A stretch of DNA of 64,000 nt from a virus: IMG/VR virus record IMGVR_UViG_3300045135_000898, positions 17,971 to 81,970 of that record; one strand, 5' to 3'. The notes under the pieces were generated by a model. The model ran no database searches. It was given only the letters and a program-made list of their open reading frames with translations, and was not told where the DNA came from. Shown piece after piece: positions 9,408-18,014 of this stretch. How positions within the stretch are numbered: the first letter of the stretch is position 1; each line of letters begins with the position of its first letter. The position numbers and the translations under genes are program-made.

Positions 9408-9799
9408 TACTTATCACTGCCTCCGCCACGTTTCTTAGCAAGTTCTTGCTTTTTAACTTGTGGCAGTAGTTTACGAGCGATGCGATCGATTGCACCTTTC
9501 TTTTTATCAACTTGTTTTTCTAGGTTTTGGCGACCAGAGAATGATAGCTCGCTCTTGTCTTTACCTTTTAGCAGTTTCTTTTCTAATGAATCACGAGCTT
9601 GTTTACGAGCACGCTTTTTAAGCTTTTCTGGTGAAGCAATTCGTTTTTCAGCCTTCTTGCGTCCCATAGCAATCTTTGCTTTGTTCTTACGCATAGTTGC
9701 TTTAGCTTTCATGCGTTGCTGAAGTGTCATTGCTTCGTCGAGATCTGCGTCTTCGACCAAATCATCACAAATCTCTAAATATTCTTTTAATGATAGCAT
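9407..9799 (-). CDS. highly basic probable internal head protein
   Basis: MLSLKEYLE...LDE leader then K/R-rich body. Confidence 0.7.
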   Translation of the reverse strand: MLSLKEYLEICDDLVEDADLDEAMTLQQRMKAKATMRKNKAKIAMGRKKAEKRIASPEKLKKRARKQARDSLEKKLLKGKDKSELSFSGRQNLEKQVDKKKGAIDRIARKLLPQVKKQELAKKRGGGSDK

Positions 9800-9833
9800 T
9801 TCTTATTTCCCATTCGGATGCTGACCTACAAAA

Positions 9834-11072
9834 TTAGGCTCGAGACGGCGTGTCCCAGCCTTTCACAATTTCAGGACTGAAGTTATTAAAGCTAAACTCC
9901 ATTCGGTCAACCAGTTTAACGGCGCCGCCTTTCATATGGTCGATAGCCACGAACCCTTCGGCTCCTGTTACCTTGTAACCATTTTTAGTTTTTACAAAAG
10001 TATTTATACTATTTAATTTATTAAGTTTACGTATGATTATTAACTTAGCGTCAACAATTGCTTTTTGCAAATCAAACACAAGCTTTAAGTTAGCCTTATT
10101 TGATTCATCGAAAAACTTAAGGAATTCGTCACGTTTAGCCGATTGAGCAGACTTGCCTTTCTCAGTTTTACGTTTATCAATTTCCTTTTGATATTTATCA
10201 TGGATAAACTTCATCAGTCCGTCCACGTGCTTGCGAGTATCCTTAATGGTTTCGCCTTTACGAACAAATGAGTTATTAAAGGTTTCAATAGTTCGAGCAA
10301 GATCTTGGTTGGCTTCAATCTGCTTAAGAGTTGTACCACTAATCTTGCGGAAGATACGACCTGCATTTGAAAGAGCAGCAGTAACTTCATCAGTATCTTT
10401 CTTTGTAAATGTTACAGTACCGGACAAGTCGTGTAGACCTGCGTCAACAATCCAAGATGATGTTTTCTTGAACTTAGACGCGTCAACACCGTAACTTGCT
10501 TTCATTTCTTCAAAAGAAGCTCCGCTGTAAGAGGTGTGGAATACCACGCCAATTGGTGCTTTGGCGATACGTTTACCTTCTTCTGAGTCTTTTGGGACTG
10601 CGTACAAAATCGTGTTCGGATGAAATGTAACATATGATTCACCTTCGATTTTTTCTGTTTTAAGGTCATCGTTTGTGAACATAATATCGCCTTGAACGAC
10701 ACCCTTAATGCCAAGTTTTGATAACTCAGCAAGAGCAACCTTCATTTTGTTATTAAGTTCTCCATTTGCAATATCTTCGTCGATATCTGCATTCGTTTTA
10801 TACACCTTAGGGTTCTTATTAAAGATACCTTTTTTGGCTACAAAGAATTTACCGTCGCTTGGATCAATACCAGCAAATACGGCAGGAGCGCCATCCCACT
10901 TCACAGTCACGTCCGTAGCACCTTTCGAGGAACCGGCTAGCATGTCACGAAGCGACCTGAGAGCAAGGATGGCGTCCCTTGCACCTTTTACACCGCCATA
11001 GATCACCTGATCTTCAAGGTGAGTCATGTGAGTATTCTTTTCTTCAGTAATAAACGACTTAAAATCAATCAT
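9834..11072 (-). CDS. conserved phage protein with ligase/capping-type nucleotidyltransferase motifs (DUF6267-like)
   Basis: TVKWDG (KxDG), QGDIM, EGFV, VKLVDR; MIDFKSFITE N-terminus. Confidence 0.7.
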   Translation of the reverse strand: MIDFKSFITEEKNTHMTHLEDQVIYGGVKGARDAILALRSLRDMLAGSSKGATDVTVKWDGAPAVFAGIDPSDGKFFVAKKGIFNKNPKVYKTNADIDEDIANGELNNKMKVALAELSKLGIKGVVQGDIMFTNDDLKTEKIEGESYVTFHPNTILYAVPKDSEEGKRIAKAPIGVVFHTSYSGASFEEMKASYGVDASKFKKTSSWIVDAGLHDLSGTVTFTKKDTDEVTAALSNAGRIFRKISGTTLKQIEANQDLARTIETFNNSFVRKGETIKDTRKHVDGLMKFIHDKYQKEIDKRKTEKGKSAQSAKRDEFLKFFDESNKANLKLVFDLQKAIVDAKLIIIRKLNKLNSINTFVKTKNGYKVTGAEGFVAIDHMKGGAVKLVDRMEFSFNNFSPEIVKGWDTPSRA

Positions 11073-11073
11073 C

Positions 11074-12363
11074 TTAATGAGCCTTTAAATATGGACCGGA
11101 CATTTCAGATTCAGAAGCGGCATAGCCTAGAATCGCTGAAACGATATCTCGTTTCTTGTCGTCATTCTGTTTTAGGAAATGATATAGGAATTGAGATCCC
11201 ATAATCATTGAAGTAAAGAATGTATCGTCTTTCTGAGATAATTGCTGAACAAACTCTTCTTGAGACATGTTCTTGCCTTCGATGTAATTATGGAATGTCA
11301 AGAATTTCTTAACGTTTGCTTCAGTTCGCTGAGCAAGTTCTTTTTGTGGAATAAAATCAATGCCAGTGTGGCGTTTCATAATTGACGCAATTGGACCGCC
11401 TGAAATTTTACCTTGGTTTGCAAACTGACCTTTGATTTCGCCTTGCCAAGTTGAACCAAACGTGCGGAACTGGATTTCGCCACCATCGTAACGGATGTAA
11501 ATATCGTTAGAAAGGAAAAAGCCTTTCTTACCTGAAGTCCAACCGGTGTACTCGTATGACTTACGCGATTTATCAATGTTCTTAGGATCAAGACGTGCTG
11601 TACGACCAACCTTCTTAAGAGATACGCCAATGATATCGCCTGACATATACGCATCAAGCATCATGCCGTTCAATTCAACAAGAGTGCTTGCCTGGGTTAG
11701 GTCGATGTTTTCTCCTTTAGCCGTAACCATGTAAATGTCAGCAGGAGACCACTTATTCAAGTTAGAGAATTCCTTCTCCACTTTGTTTAGTTTCTTCCAA
11801 TGATTTTCAAGACGGTCTACCCAACGTGATCCGCGGTGGAATTTGTAACGCTTGGTACGGAATTTATTTTCAATGGCATCAGCGATGACGATACTTGAAT
11901 TACGCCAATCTTCTGGAAGATCGTTAATAATGCGATCAAGTTTATCATCAATATCGAAGTACTTGGTAACTTTACGGAATGTAGAAGCAGTGTAATCGCC
12001 TTTACCGTACCACGCTGCAGCGAGGTAAACACATTGAGCACATTCAGCCATTTTGGTAACATCAGCGCCAGCACCAGAGCCGCCTTTACCTTTTGGATGT
12101 TTTACTTCAATCTTCCAACCATCTTTGGTCTCAACACGACCAACTGATGAACTGCCACCTTTAGGATTATATTTAGCATCAAGCTTTTTAGCAATATCTT
12201 TTAAAGCTGCTTCACGGTCGCCTTTTACTTCAACGGTGATTTGTTTGCCTTTTACTCCGCGGATATCTTTATAACCCGCTTCCTTTAGACGAGTTTGCAA
12301 ATCGTCCTTGCTCATCGCTTCCTTAAGAAACGTTCTAAATAAAATTCCTACCGGTGCTACCAT
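11074..12363 (-). CDS. hypothetical protein, possible PD-(D/E)xK nuclease fold
   Basis: E(C)...WSPADIY...IIGVSLKK pattern; FRTFLKE near N-terminus. Confidence 0.55.
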   Translation of the reverse strand: MVAPVGILFRTFLKEAMSKDDLQTRLKEAGYKDIRGVKGKQITVEVKGDREAALKDIAKKLDAKYNPKGGSSSVGRVETKDGWKIEVKHPKGKGGSGAGADVTKMAECAQCVYLAAAWYGKGDYTASTFRKVTKYFDIDDKLDRIINDLPEDWRNSSIVIADAIENKFRTKRYKFHRGSRWVDRLENHWKKLNKVEKEFSNLNKWSPADIYMVTAKGENIDLTQASTLVELNGMMLDAYMSGDIIGVSLKKVGRTARLDPKNIDKSRKSYEYTGWTSGKKGFFLSNDIYIRYDGGEIQFRTFGSTWQGEIKGQFANQGKISGGPIASIMKRHTGIDFIPQKELAQRTEANVKKFLTFHNYIEGKNMSQEEFVQQLSQKDDTFFTSMIMGSQFLYHFLKQNDDKKRDIVSAILGYAASESEMSGPYLKAH

Positions 12364-12403
12364 TGTTCTAATCCGTTTAATTTAAAATTAATTATATTTA
12401 TAA

Positions 12404-12427
12404 CAAAAAAGCCCCTATGAAAGGGGC
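12404..12427 (-). terminator. rho-independent terminator
   Basis: GCCCC-TTTCATA-GGGGC followed by T7 on minus strand. Confidence 0.8.
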
Positions 12428-12442
12428 GAAGAGGCTTGGAGA

Positions 12443-12724
12443 TTAAGAACGGTTGTAGACATAAACATCGATCTTGGTGGCATTTGCGATACCTCCTACG
12501 ATGTTTCCTGCCCAATCATATGATAGTTTGGACATCTTACCAGTGTAAGGATTGTACTTATCCATTTTAACAAGAGGTTTACGGCCACGAAGAACAACTC
12601 GTTTCTTTACGCTTTTACCTTTATTCATAATTGATACCGCTTTACGAAGTTCTTCAATCTGAAGCATATCAGAAGCAGAGTTGATGTCAGCAGTAAAGAT
12701 GTAAGAAGTAGATGTACGTTTCAT
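12443..12724 (-). CDS. hypothetical early protein
   Basis: ORF with AAGGA SD, own early promoter and terminator. Confidence 0.75.
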   Translation of the reverse strand: MKRTSTSYIFTADINSASDMLQIEELRKAVSIMNKGKSVKKRVVLRGRKPLVKMDKYNPYTGKMSKLSYDWAGNIVGGIANATKIDVYVYNRS

Positions 12725-12755
12725 AATATAGTTTCCTTCAATTGATTATGGTTCT

Positions 12756-12783
12756 ATTATACCAAATTTTCGAAAGATGTAAA
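12756..12783 (-). promoter_or_regulatory. early promoter
   Basis: TTTACA-16-TATAAT. Confidence 0.75.
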
Positions 12784-12789
12784 TAGTTT

Positions 12790-12972
12790 TTACCAAGATC
12801 TTTTAGAATTGTTTGATCTAATACGCATATCTGATATAACGATAGGAATTAAAAATACAGCAAAAATAGCTGGGAATACGATCCAAGGAGGAGCAACTCC
12901 ATCAACAATTCTGAAGTAAACTGCGGTTGCAACAATCATAAGTGATAAGATTAATACTGTAATGTTATTCAT
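12790..12972 (-). CDS. small two-TM membrane protein
   Basis: Two hydrophobic segments; AGGAAGG SD. Confidence 0.65.
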   Translation of the reverse strand: MNNITVLILSLMIVATAVYFRIVDGVAPPWIVFPAIFAVFLIPIVISDMRIRSNNSKRSW

Positions 12973-13180
12973 TTTTACCTTCCTCACGGAGTTTCATAAT
13001 TAAGTCAGTGTAGCTTTCTTCGGTTAAGATGTTATGTCGTTCAAGCAAATTTAGAGTATTCGTTGACCCTGTTACAACACCTTGGTTATGTCCGAAGAAA
13101 AATCCTTTGCGATACATACTTACCATTGATGCAATCCACACTAGTCCTAGAGTTCCTAGCATCCAATAATTAAGAGTCAT
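12965..13180 (-). CDS. small membrane protein
   Basis: N-terminal TM helix. Confidence 0.65.
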   Translation of the reverse strand: MTLNYWMLGTLGLVWIASMVSMYRKGFFFGHNQGVVTGSTNTLNLLERHNILTEESYTDLIMKLREEGKNE

Positions 13181-13586
13181 TTCTAAATTCCTTATATAAC
13201 GATTCTTCTAAACCGTAAGCTTCAATCTCCCACGGCTGCTTTTCATACTTATGTTTGGAAATACGGCCTTTCCAAAGCATTTGCCAACTGCCGCGTTTAG
13301 TAAGTACATCTTTAAGGTGGCCTCGGACGTACTGTCGAACGTGAACCATTTCATGAAGGACTGTTCCAACCATTTCCTTATCAGTCATCTTAGAATTAAG
13401 AGTGATTACGAAATGACGTGGTCCAAGACGTTCGCAGTAGCCGTACTCATCAAGCTCCATTGGGTACGATTCTACCTCAATGAATAAAGTACTCGTCCGT
13501 GGCATCAGACGGGAAATAGCCCAACGAACTACCTTTTCAGGGTCCGTTGGGAATTTACGAGTTGAATCGACTGTAACCAAATTCAT
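13170..13586 (-). CDS. zinc metallopeptidase-like protein
   Basis: HEMVH (HExxH) plus PWEIEA. Confidence 0.75.
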   Translation of the reverse strand: MNLVTVDSTRKFPTDPEKVVRWAISRLMPRTSTLFIEVESYPMELDEYGYCERLGPRHFVITLNSKMTDKEMVGTVLHEMVHVRQYVRGHLKDVLTKRGSWQMLWKGRISKHKYEKQPWEIEAYGLEESLYKEFRNDS

Positions 13587-13610
13587 ACCATTTCTCCATT
13601 TGATATAGCG

Positions 13611-13639
13611 ATTATACTATAGAAAAACAGAAATGTAAA
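13611..13639 (-). promoter_or_regulatory. early promoter
   Basis: TTTACA-17-TATAAT. Confidence 0.85.
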
Positions 13640-13688
13640 TGGTTTTTACCATTAAATTTTTTAATAATAACAGTCTACAGTATAAATT

Positions 13689-14366
13689 TTATTTATCAGA
13701 TACTACCTGACTGGCATATGGGAAAATAGCCAAAATAGCCTCCGCTACAGCCTTAGCGACCTCGCGATGCTCCTTTTGAGTCTCTGGACCAGTTCGAAGC
13801 TCGATAAAGTGAATCCAGCTGCGTATAGAGCCTTGCATGTACATTCGCGATGGTGTTAGACCTTCGGGTAGCAGAGCTCGACGCTGTTCCTTGGCGATAC
13901 CAAGATTTGCCGCATTTGTGTATTCCTTTTTAACGAAACCAGCAACTCGCTGTTGGATTCTAAACCATTCTTCGTTAATTTTTTCGTCTTCTGTTGCATT
14001 TGAATTTTGACGGTTTTTATCGTCTTGAAGTCGAGCTTCACGGAACTCAAATTCAAATCCATCTTCCAATGGATCAGCATAACGCTGACTATATTCTTGG
14101 AAAGCAAACGATCGATGTCGAAGGATCTGACGAGCAATATCACGCGTCGTTTCAATCTCAATCGTAGCAGTAGCCATTTCAAATGGTGACCAATGCTTAT
14201 GTTTAATCAAGTAATTAAGAAGACGTTCTGTCGTCTCCATATTCATTTGGTTAGAAGGATTTGAAACACGGGCACAGTACGAAATAAGGTCTTGTACGTT
14301 CTCCATGTTCAGTTCTTCTTTAGCGCCTTCAGCGGGCTGAGTGTAACCAATTAGTCGTGCTTTCAT
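13689..14366 (-). CDS. thyX: FAD-dependent thymidylate synthase
   Basis: HWSPFE, RQILRHRSFAFQEYSQRY (RHRx7S), TQKEHR. Confidence 0.97.
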   Translation of the reverse strand: MKARLIGYTQPAEGAKEELNMENVQDLISYCARVSNPSNQMNMETTERLLNYLIKHKHWSPFEMATATIEIETTRDIARQILRHRSFAFQEYSQRYADPLEDGFEFEFREARLQDDKNRQNSNATEDEKINEEWFRIQQRVAGFVKKEYTNAANLGIAKEQRRALLPEGLTPSRMYMQGSIRSWIHFIELRTGPETQKEHREVAKAVAEAILAIFPYASQVVSDK

Positions 14367-14372
14367 TTTGCC

Positions 14373-15782
14373 TCACATTTTAAAATTTGAAAAATCTTTC
14401 CTATCACGTTCACCGAAACTATTTATCGGTCCATTATCGGCTGGTGCCGCTGCAGCATTACCACCGCTAATTAAAGTTTGAGCTGATGCTTCAACATCAT
14501 ACAGTTTCATCTTAGCACGATCAACTCCGATGACGAACCTTTTGTTATGACCTGGGTCGTTATAACGATTTTTTAACTGCTTGACCATAATTTGACCAAG
14601 GTTTTCTAGTTCTTCATTTGAAATAAGTGCGAACATAAAGTCAGCTGTCGCTGGTAGACCGAAGGATTCAGAAGTATCCTCGAGGCCAACATCTGTATTT
14701 CCATAACCTGAACGAGTGGTCTGAGTTGCGCTGACAATAGGTACATCATATTCGACTGCAAGTCCACGAATTTCCTCCGCAATAGATTTAATCAATGAAT
14801 ATGTATTCACCGAACCACCAAGACCTTTCATACGAGATGACGAACAAATGTTTAGGTAATCGATGAAGATAATATCTGGTTCAAACTTTTTCTTAAGTTT
14901 GATTTCATTAAGCAATGCTCTGAAATGACCAACATGGGCTGCACCTGTAGGATATTCCTTAATGATTAATTTACCATTTGTTTTGGCTGCAACTTTAGCA
15001 ACCTTAGATTCAAACATATCTTTTGATAACGTCTGAAGTTGGTCAATTGGAGTATTGAACAAGTTAGCATCGATACGTTCTGCGATACGTTCTTCAGCCA
15101 TTTCCATTGTAATGTAAAGAACATTCTTACCTTGCGATAAAGCAGAACCTGCCATATGACACATGAATAACGATTTACCTACACCTGTACCTGCCAATGC
15201 AATGTTAAGTGTTTTATTTGGTAAGCCACCTTTTGTGATATCGTTAAACAGTTCAAGATCGAATGGCATACGAGATTCATCACGGTGGTAGAACTCATAA
15301 CGGCCATCAGCATTTTCAATATAATCGTGGCCAACGTTAGTATCAAAGGTTACTGATAATGCTTTTGTAAGTAAGTCAGGTAACGCGTTCTTCGACAAAG
15401 ATTCATGGTTTCCATCAATGATGTTAATAGATTCCATGATTGCTAAGTAGATTGCACGATCCTGACACCACTTTTCGGTGTGTTCCATTAACCATTCAAG
15501 GTTTGTGTCATCAGGTTTAGAGATTTCGCCAATCACGACGGCAGCATCGGAAAACTGCTCGTCTGTAATATTGGTGTCTTGCATTTCAATTGATAGCGCC
15601 TCAGCGTTGGGAAGCTTGTTATACTTCCCAACGAACGCAACGATCTGATCAAATACAGCACGGTGAATACCTTCAAAGTAATCCTTTTTAAGGAAAGGAA
15701 TTACCTTGCGAGTAAACTGCTCATTATTTAGCAGGTTCCTCAGTATCGTTGTCTGTAGTGTCGGAGTCGTCATCATTACCAC
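14373..15782 (-). CDS. 41: replicative DNA helicase gp41
   Basis: AGTGVGKS Walker A, YITMEMAE, IFIDYLNIC, SATQTTRSG, KQLKNRY. Confidence 0.97.
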   Translation of the reverse strand: MVMMTTPTLQTTILRNLLNNEQFTRKVIPFLKKDYFEGIHRAVFDQIVAFVGKYNKLPNAEALSIEMQDTNITDEQFSDAAVVIGEISKPDDTNLEWLMEHTEKWCQDRAIYLAIMESINIIDGNHESLSKNALPDLLTKALSVTFDTNVGHDYIENADGRYEFYHRDESRMPFDLELFNDITKGGLPNKTLNIALAGTGVGKSLFMCHMAGSALSQGKNVLYITMEMAEERIAERIDANLFNTPIDQLQTLSKDMFESKVAKVAAKTNGKLIIKEYPTGAAHVGHFRALLNEIKLKKKFEPDIIFIDYLNICSSSRMKGLGGSVNTYSLIKSIAEEIRGLAVEYDVPIVSATQTTRSGYGNTDVGLEDTSESFGLPATADFMFALISNEELENLGQIMVKQLKNRYNDPGHNKRFVIGVDRAKMKLYDVEASAQTLISGGNAAAAPADNGPINSFGERDRKDFSNFKM

Positions 15783-16074
15783 CTATTCTATAATTTCCTG
15801 AATTAAGATTATCTTCAATAATAAACTGAAGTATCCGTCCAATGTATTCTTGGAATTCATCATCTTCAATTAAAGCATCATCGCCTTCAACGAGCTGCCA
15901 CGTAAACATAAGGCGAGCAGTTTCTTCGTAATCTTCTTCATCAACCTTAATACGAACATTTCCATACTGATACTTAACGTCCTTATACGGATCTTCAAGA
16001 ATCTGAACCGTATAGAACGTATCATCAGCACGTTCAACTAGCTTGAACGTATCATCGGTAATATTATACTCCAT
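15724..16074 (-). CDS. hypothetical acidic protein in the gp40 position
   Basis: Lies between uvsX and 41 as T4 gp40 does; identity not evident from sequence. Confidence 0.6.
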   Translation of the reverse strand: MEYNITDDTFKLVERADDTFYTVQILEDPYKDVKYQYGNVRIKVDEEDYEETARLMFTWQLVEGDDALIEDDEFQEYIGRILQFIIEDNLNSGNYRIGGNDDDSDTTDNDTEEPAK

Positions 16075-16075
16075 T

Positions 16076-17131
16076 TTATGACTCCTGTAAATCAATTTCT
16101 TCTAAGAAATCTTCAGATAGCTGTGACTTATAACCGATGGTGTATTGTTGCTTAATTGCTTCTTTGAACTTTTCGTTCTGAATCAATTTAGAATAGAATT
16201 CATTGTCAATTTGATTCGCACGGAGTTTCTTCTCTTGGATTTCACCGGTTGCAAAATCCATTACTTGGTACCATGAACCACTCTTAACTATAAACCCAAG
16301 AGCGAGCGCCAAGTCCAATAGTCCAGAATACTGCTCAATACCAGCGTCCCAGCTAACAGAAATAGGAATTTTCGATTTTTCTTTAACATATCGAGATTTT
16401 TCTACATTGATTACAAAGTCATAACCTGTAACCTCTGTGCCTGTTTTATTCTGACGACGACCAAGGATCCAAATATTATCAGCTGAGTAGTAAATACCTG
16501 TACCGCCTGAAACGACAGCTTTAGGAAACAGACCCATTTCTTGATACGTGTGGTTAATCGCCAATAGTGGAATGTCTTTCATTGCAAGATATGGAGTCGT
16601 CATACGGAACAGGCCTTTAAGGGCCTTAGCACGCGACATATCAGCAACGGACTTTTCGTTAATAGCATCTTCAAGTTCTTTCTTAGATGCAAGGTTACCA
16701 ATTGAGTCGATAACAACGATGACTTTTTCGCCACGCTCGATTGCTTCAAGCTGGTTAATCAAATCAAACTTAAGTTTCTCAACATCAGTGATAGGTGTAT
16801 GAAGTACTCGTTCGGTCGGAATTCCAAACGTTTCAAAGTATGCTTGCGGTGAACCAAACTCTGAATCATAAAACAGCATAACTGCTTCAGGATACTTACG
16901 AAGATATGCGCCTGCCATGAGTAGAGCAAACGATGTCTTAAAGTGTTTAGATGGACCAGCAAGTACAGTCAGACCTGGAGAAAGACCGCCGTCTACGCTG
17001 CCTGACAAAGCAACGTTAATCATAGGAACATCGGTAGTTACCATGTCCTTATCAGAAAAGAATTTAGACTCAGATAGAATCGCCGTTTGATCGATACGGC
17101 TGTTCTTTTTGAGTTTATCCATTAGTCCCAT
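16076..17131 (-). CDS. uvsX: RecA-like recombinase
   Basis: AGPSKHFKT, FYDSEFG, IDSIGNLASKKE, SGGTGIYYSAD. Confidence 0.97.
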   Translation of the reverse strand: MGLMDKLKKNSRIDQTAILSESKFFSDKDMVTTDVPMINVALSGSVDGGLSPGLTVLAGPSKHFKTSFALLMAGAYLRKYPEAVMLFYDSEFGSPQAYFETFGIPTERVLHTPITDVEKLKFDLINQLEAIERGEKVIVVIDSIGNLASKKELEDAINEKSVADMSRAKALKGLFRMTTPYLAMKDIPLLAINHTYQEMGLFPKAVVSGGTGIYYSADNIWILGRRQNKTGTEVTGYDFVINVEKSRYVKEKSKIPISVSWDAGIEQYSGLLDLALALGFIVKSGSWYQVMDFATGEIQEKKLRANQIDNEFYSKLIQNEKFKEAIKQQYTIGYKSQLSEDFLEEIDLQES

Positions 17132-17133
17132 TA

Positions 17134-17460
17134 TTAATCCTCTTTAAATTTTACAATCCACTGGTCTTTATCTGCCCAAGATCCACGGCTGGCAAAAAAC
17201 GATCCAACCACACCTGGGAAAGTAGCATTCAGACGATCACGTGGCATGGTCATCTGATATTCAAATAGCTCCTTAGAAGATACAGGCTCGGCGTCGCCTA
17301 GTTCAAATGTTTCGCCGGTTTTTGCGTTTTCCATCACGATGTTTTTTGCTGCAATGGCGTATTGACCACGATCAAGCGTTTTATAAACTGCAGTAGCTTT
17401 AAAACCTTTTTCGTGAGTAAGAGTCGAGCCTACATCGGCTGCAGAGATCGCACGTTTCAT
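17134..17460 (-). CDS. hypothetical protein
   Basis: ORF with GAGG SD. Confidence 0.7.
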   Translation of the reverse strand: MKRAISAADVGSTLTHEKGFKATAVYKTLDRGQYAIAAKNIVMENAKTGETFELGDAEPVSSKELFEYQMTMPRDRLNATFPGVVGSFFASRGSWADKDQWIVKFKED

Positions 17461-17475
17461 AATATAAGTCCTCAA

Positions 17476-17847
17476 TTAAAGAAGCACAGCTTCAACAGAT
17501 TGGCCTGAGCTATTTTCAAGAGCTACAGCAAAACGAAATGCAGTTGACGAGTTATTCACTCGAGCAATACCATGATGATTTGATGGTTCCAACGCGTCGC
17601 CTTTTGAACAAGCAGTTGCGATAAGAACAGTTGCACGACCTTTAATCGTAACATATACTCCAGTATTAAGACGATCATTCATACCTAATGCAGGCTTATC
17701 GGCAATTACACCAACCACTGAATGCGGTTCACGGTCGCTTACCGCCATTAATTCTGCGCTACCGCCACAGCCGACAACAGTACCAACAGGGTATTCTTTG
17801 TCTGTTGAATAACGCTCAGCTAAACTGGCATTCATTGGATTATTCAT
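17476..17847 (-). CDS. stand-alone homolog of tail-fibre C-terminal (peptidase G2/IMC-like) domain
   Basis: LAERY..D..Y.VGTVV..GG...VVGVI...PA..MN...V...GR..V...KGD.L pattern. Confidence 0.6.
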   Translation of the reverse strand: MNNPMNASLAERYSTDKEYPVGTVVGCGGSAELMAVSDREPHSVVGVIADKPALGMNDRLNTGVYVTIKGRATVLIATACSKGDALEPSNHHGIARVNNSSTAFRFAVALENSSGQSVEAVLL

Positions 17848-17880
17848 AATATAAGTCCTCTTTGTTTATTTGATAGATCT

Positions 17881-17909
17881 ATTATATCAAAGATAATGAC
17901 CGATGTAAA
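17881..17909 (-). promoter_or_regulatory. early promoter
   Basis: TTTACA-17-TATAAT; -35 inside inverted repeat ATGACCGATGT/ACATCGGTCAT. Confidence 0.85.
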
Positions 17910-17929
17910 CAACTTTTTTCACATCGGTC

Positions 17930-18014
17930 ATAATGTTTCTTATTGTGTATAATGTATACTATACTGAACATTATTACATATTTTCGTCATAATGTTCACT
18001 ATTCTTAACATTAT
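17930..18014. repeat. five ATAATGT heptamers at ~19-21 bp spacing, mixed orientation
   Basis: 17930, 17949, 17968(rev), 17989, 18008(rev). Confidence 0.7.

Noticed and set aside
17458-17860. Identical 16-nt GAGGACTTATATTATG before two adjacent genes
   Set aside because: Explained as a shared ribosome-binding/start context; too short to imply more
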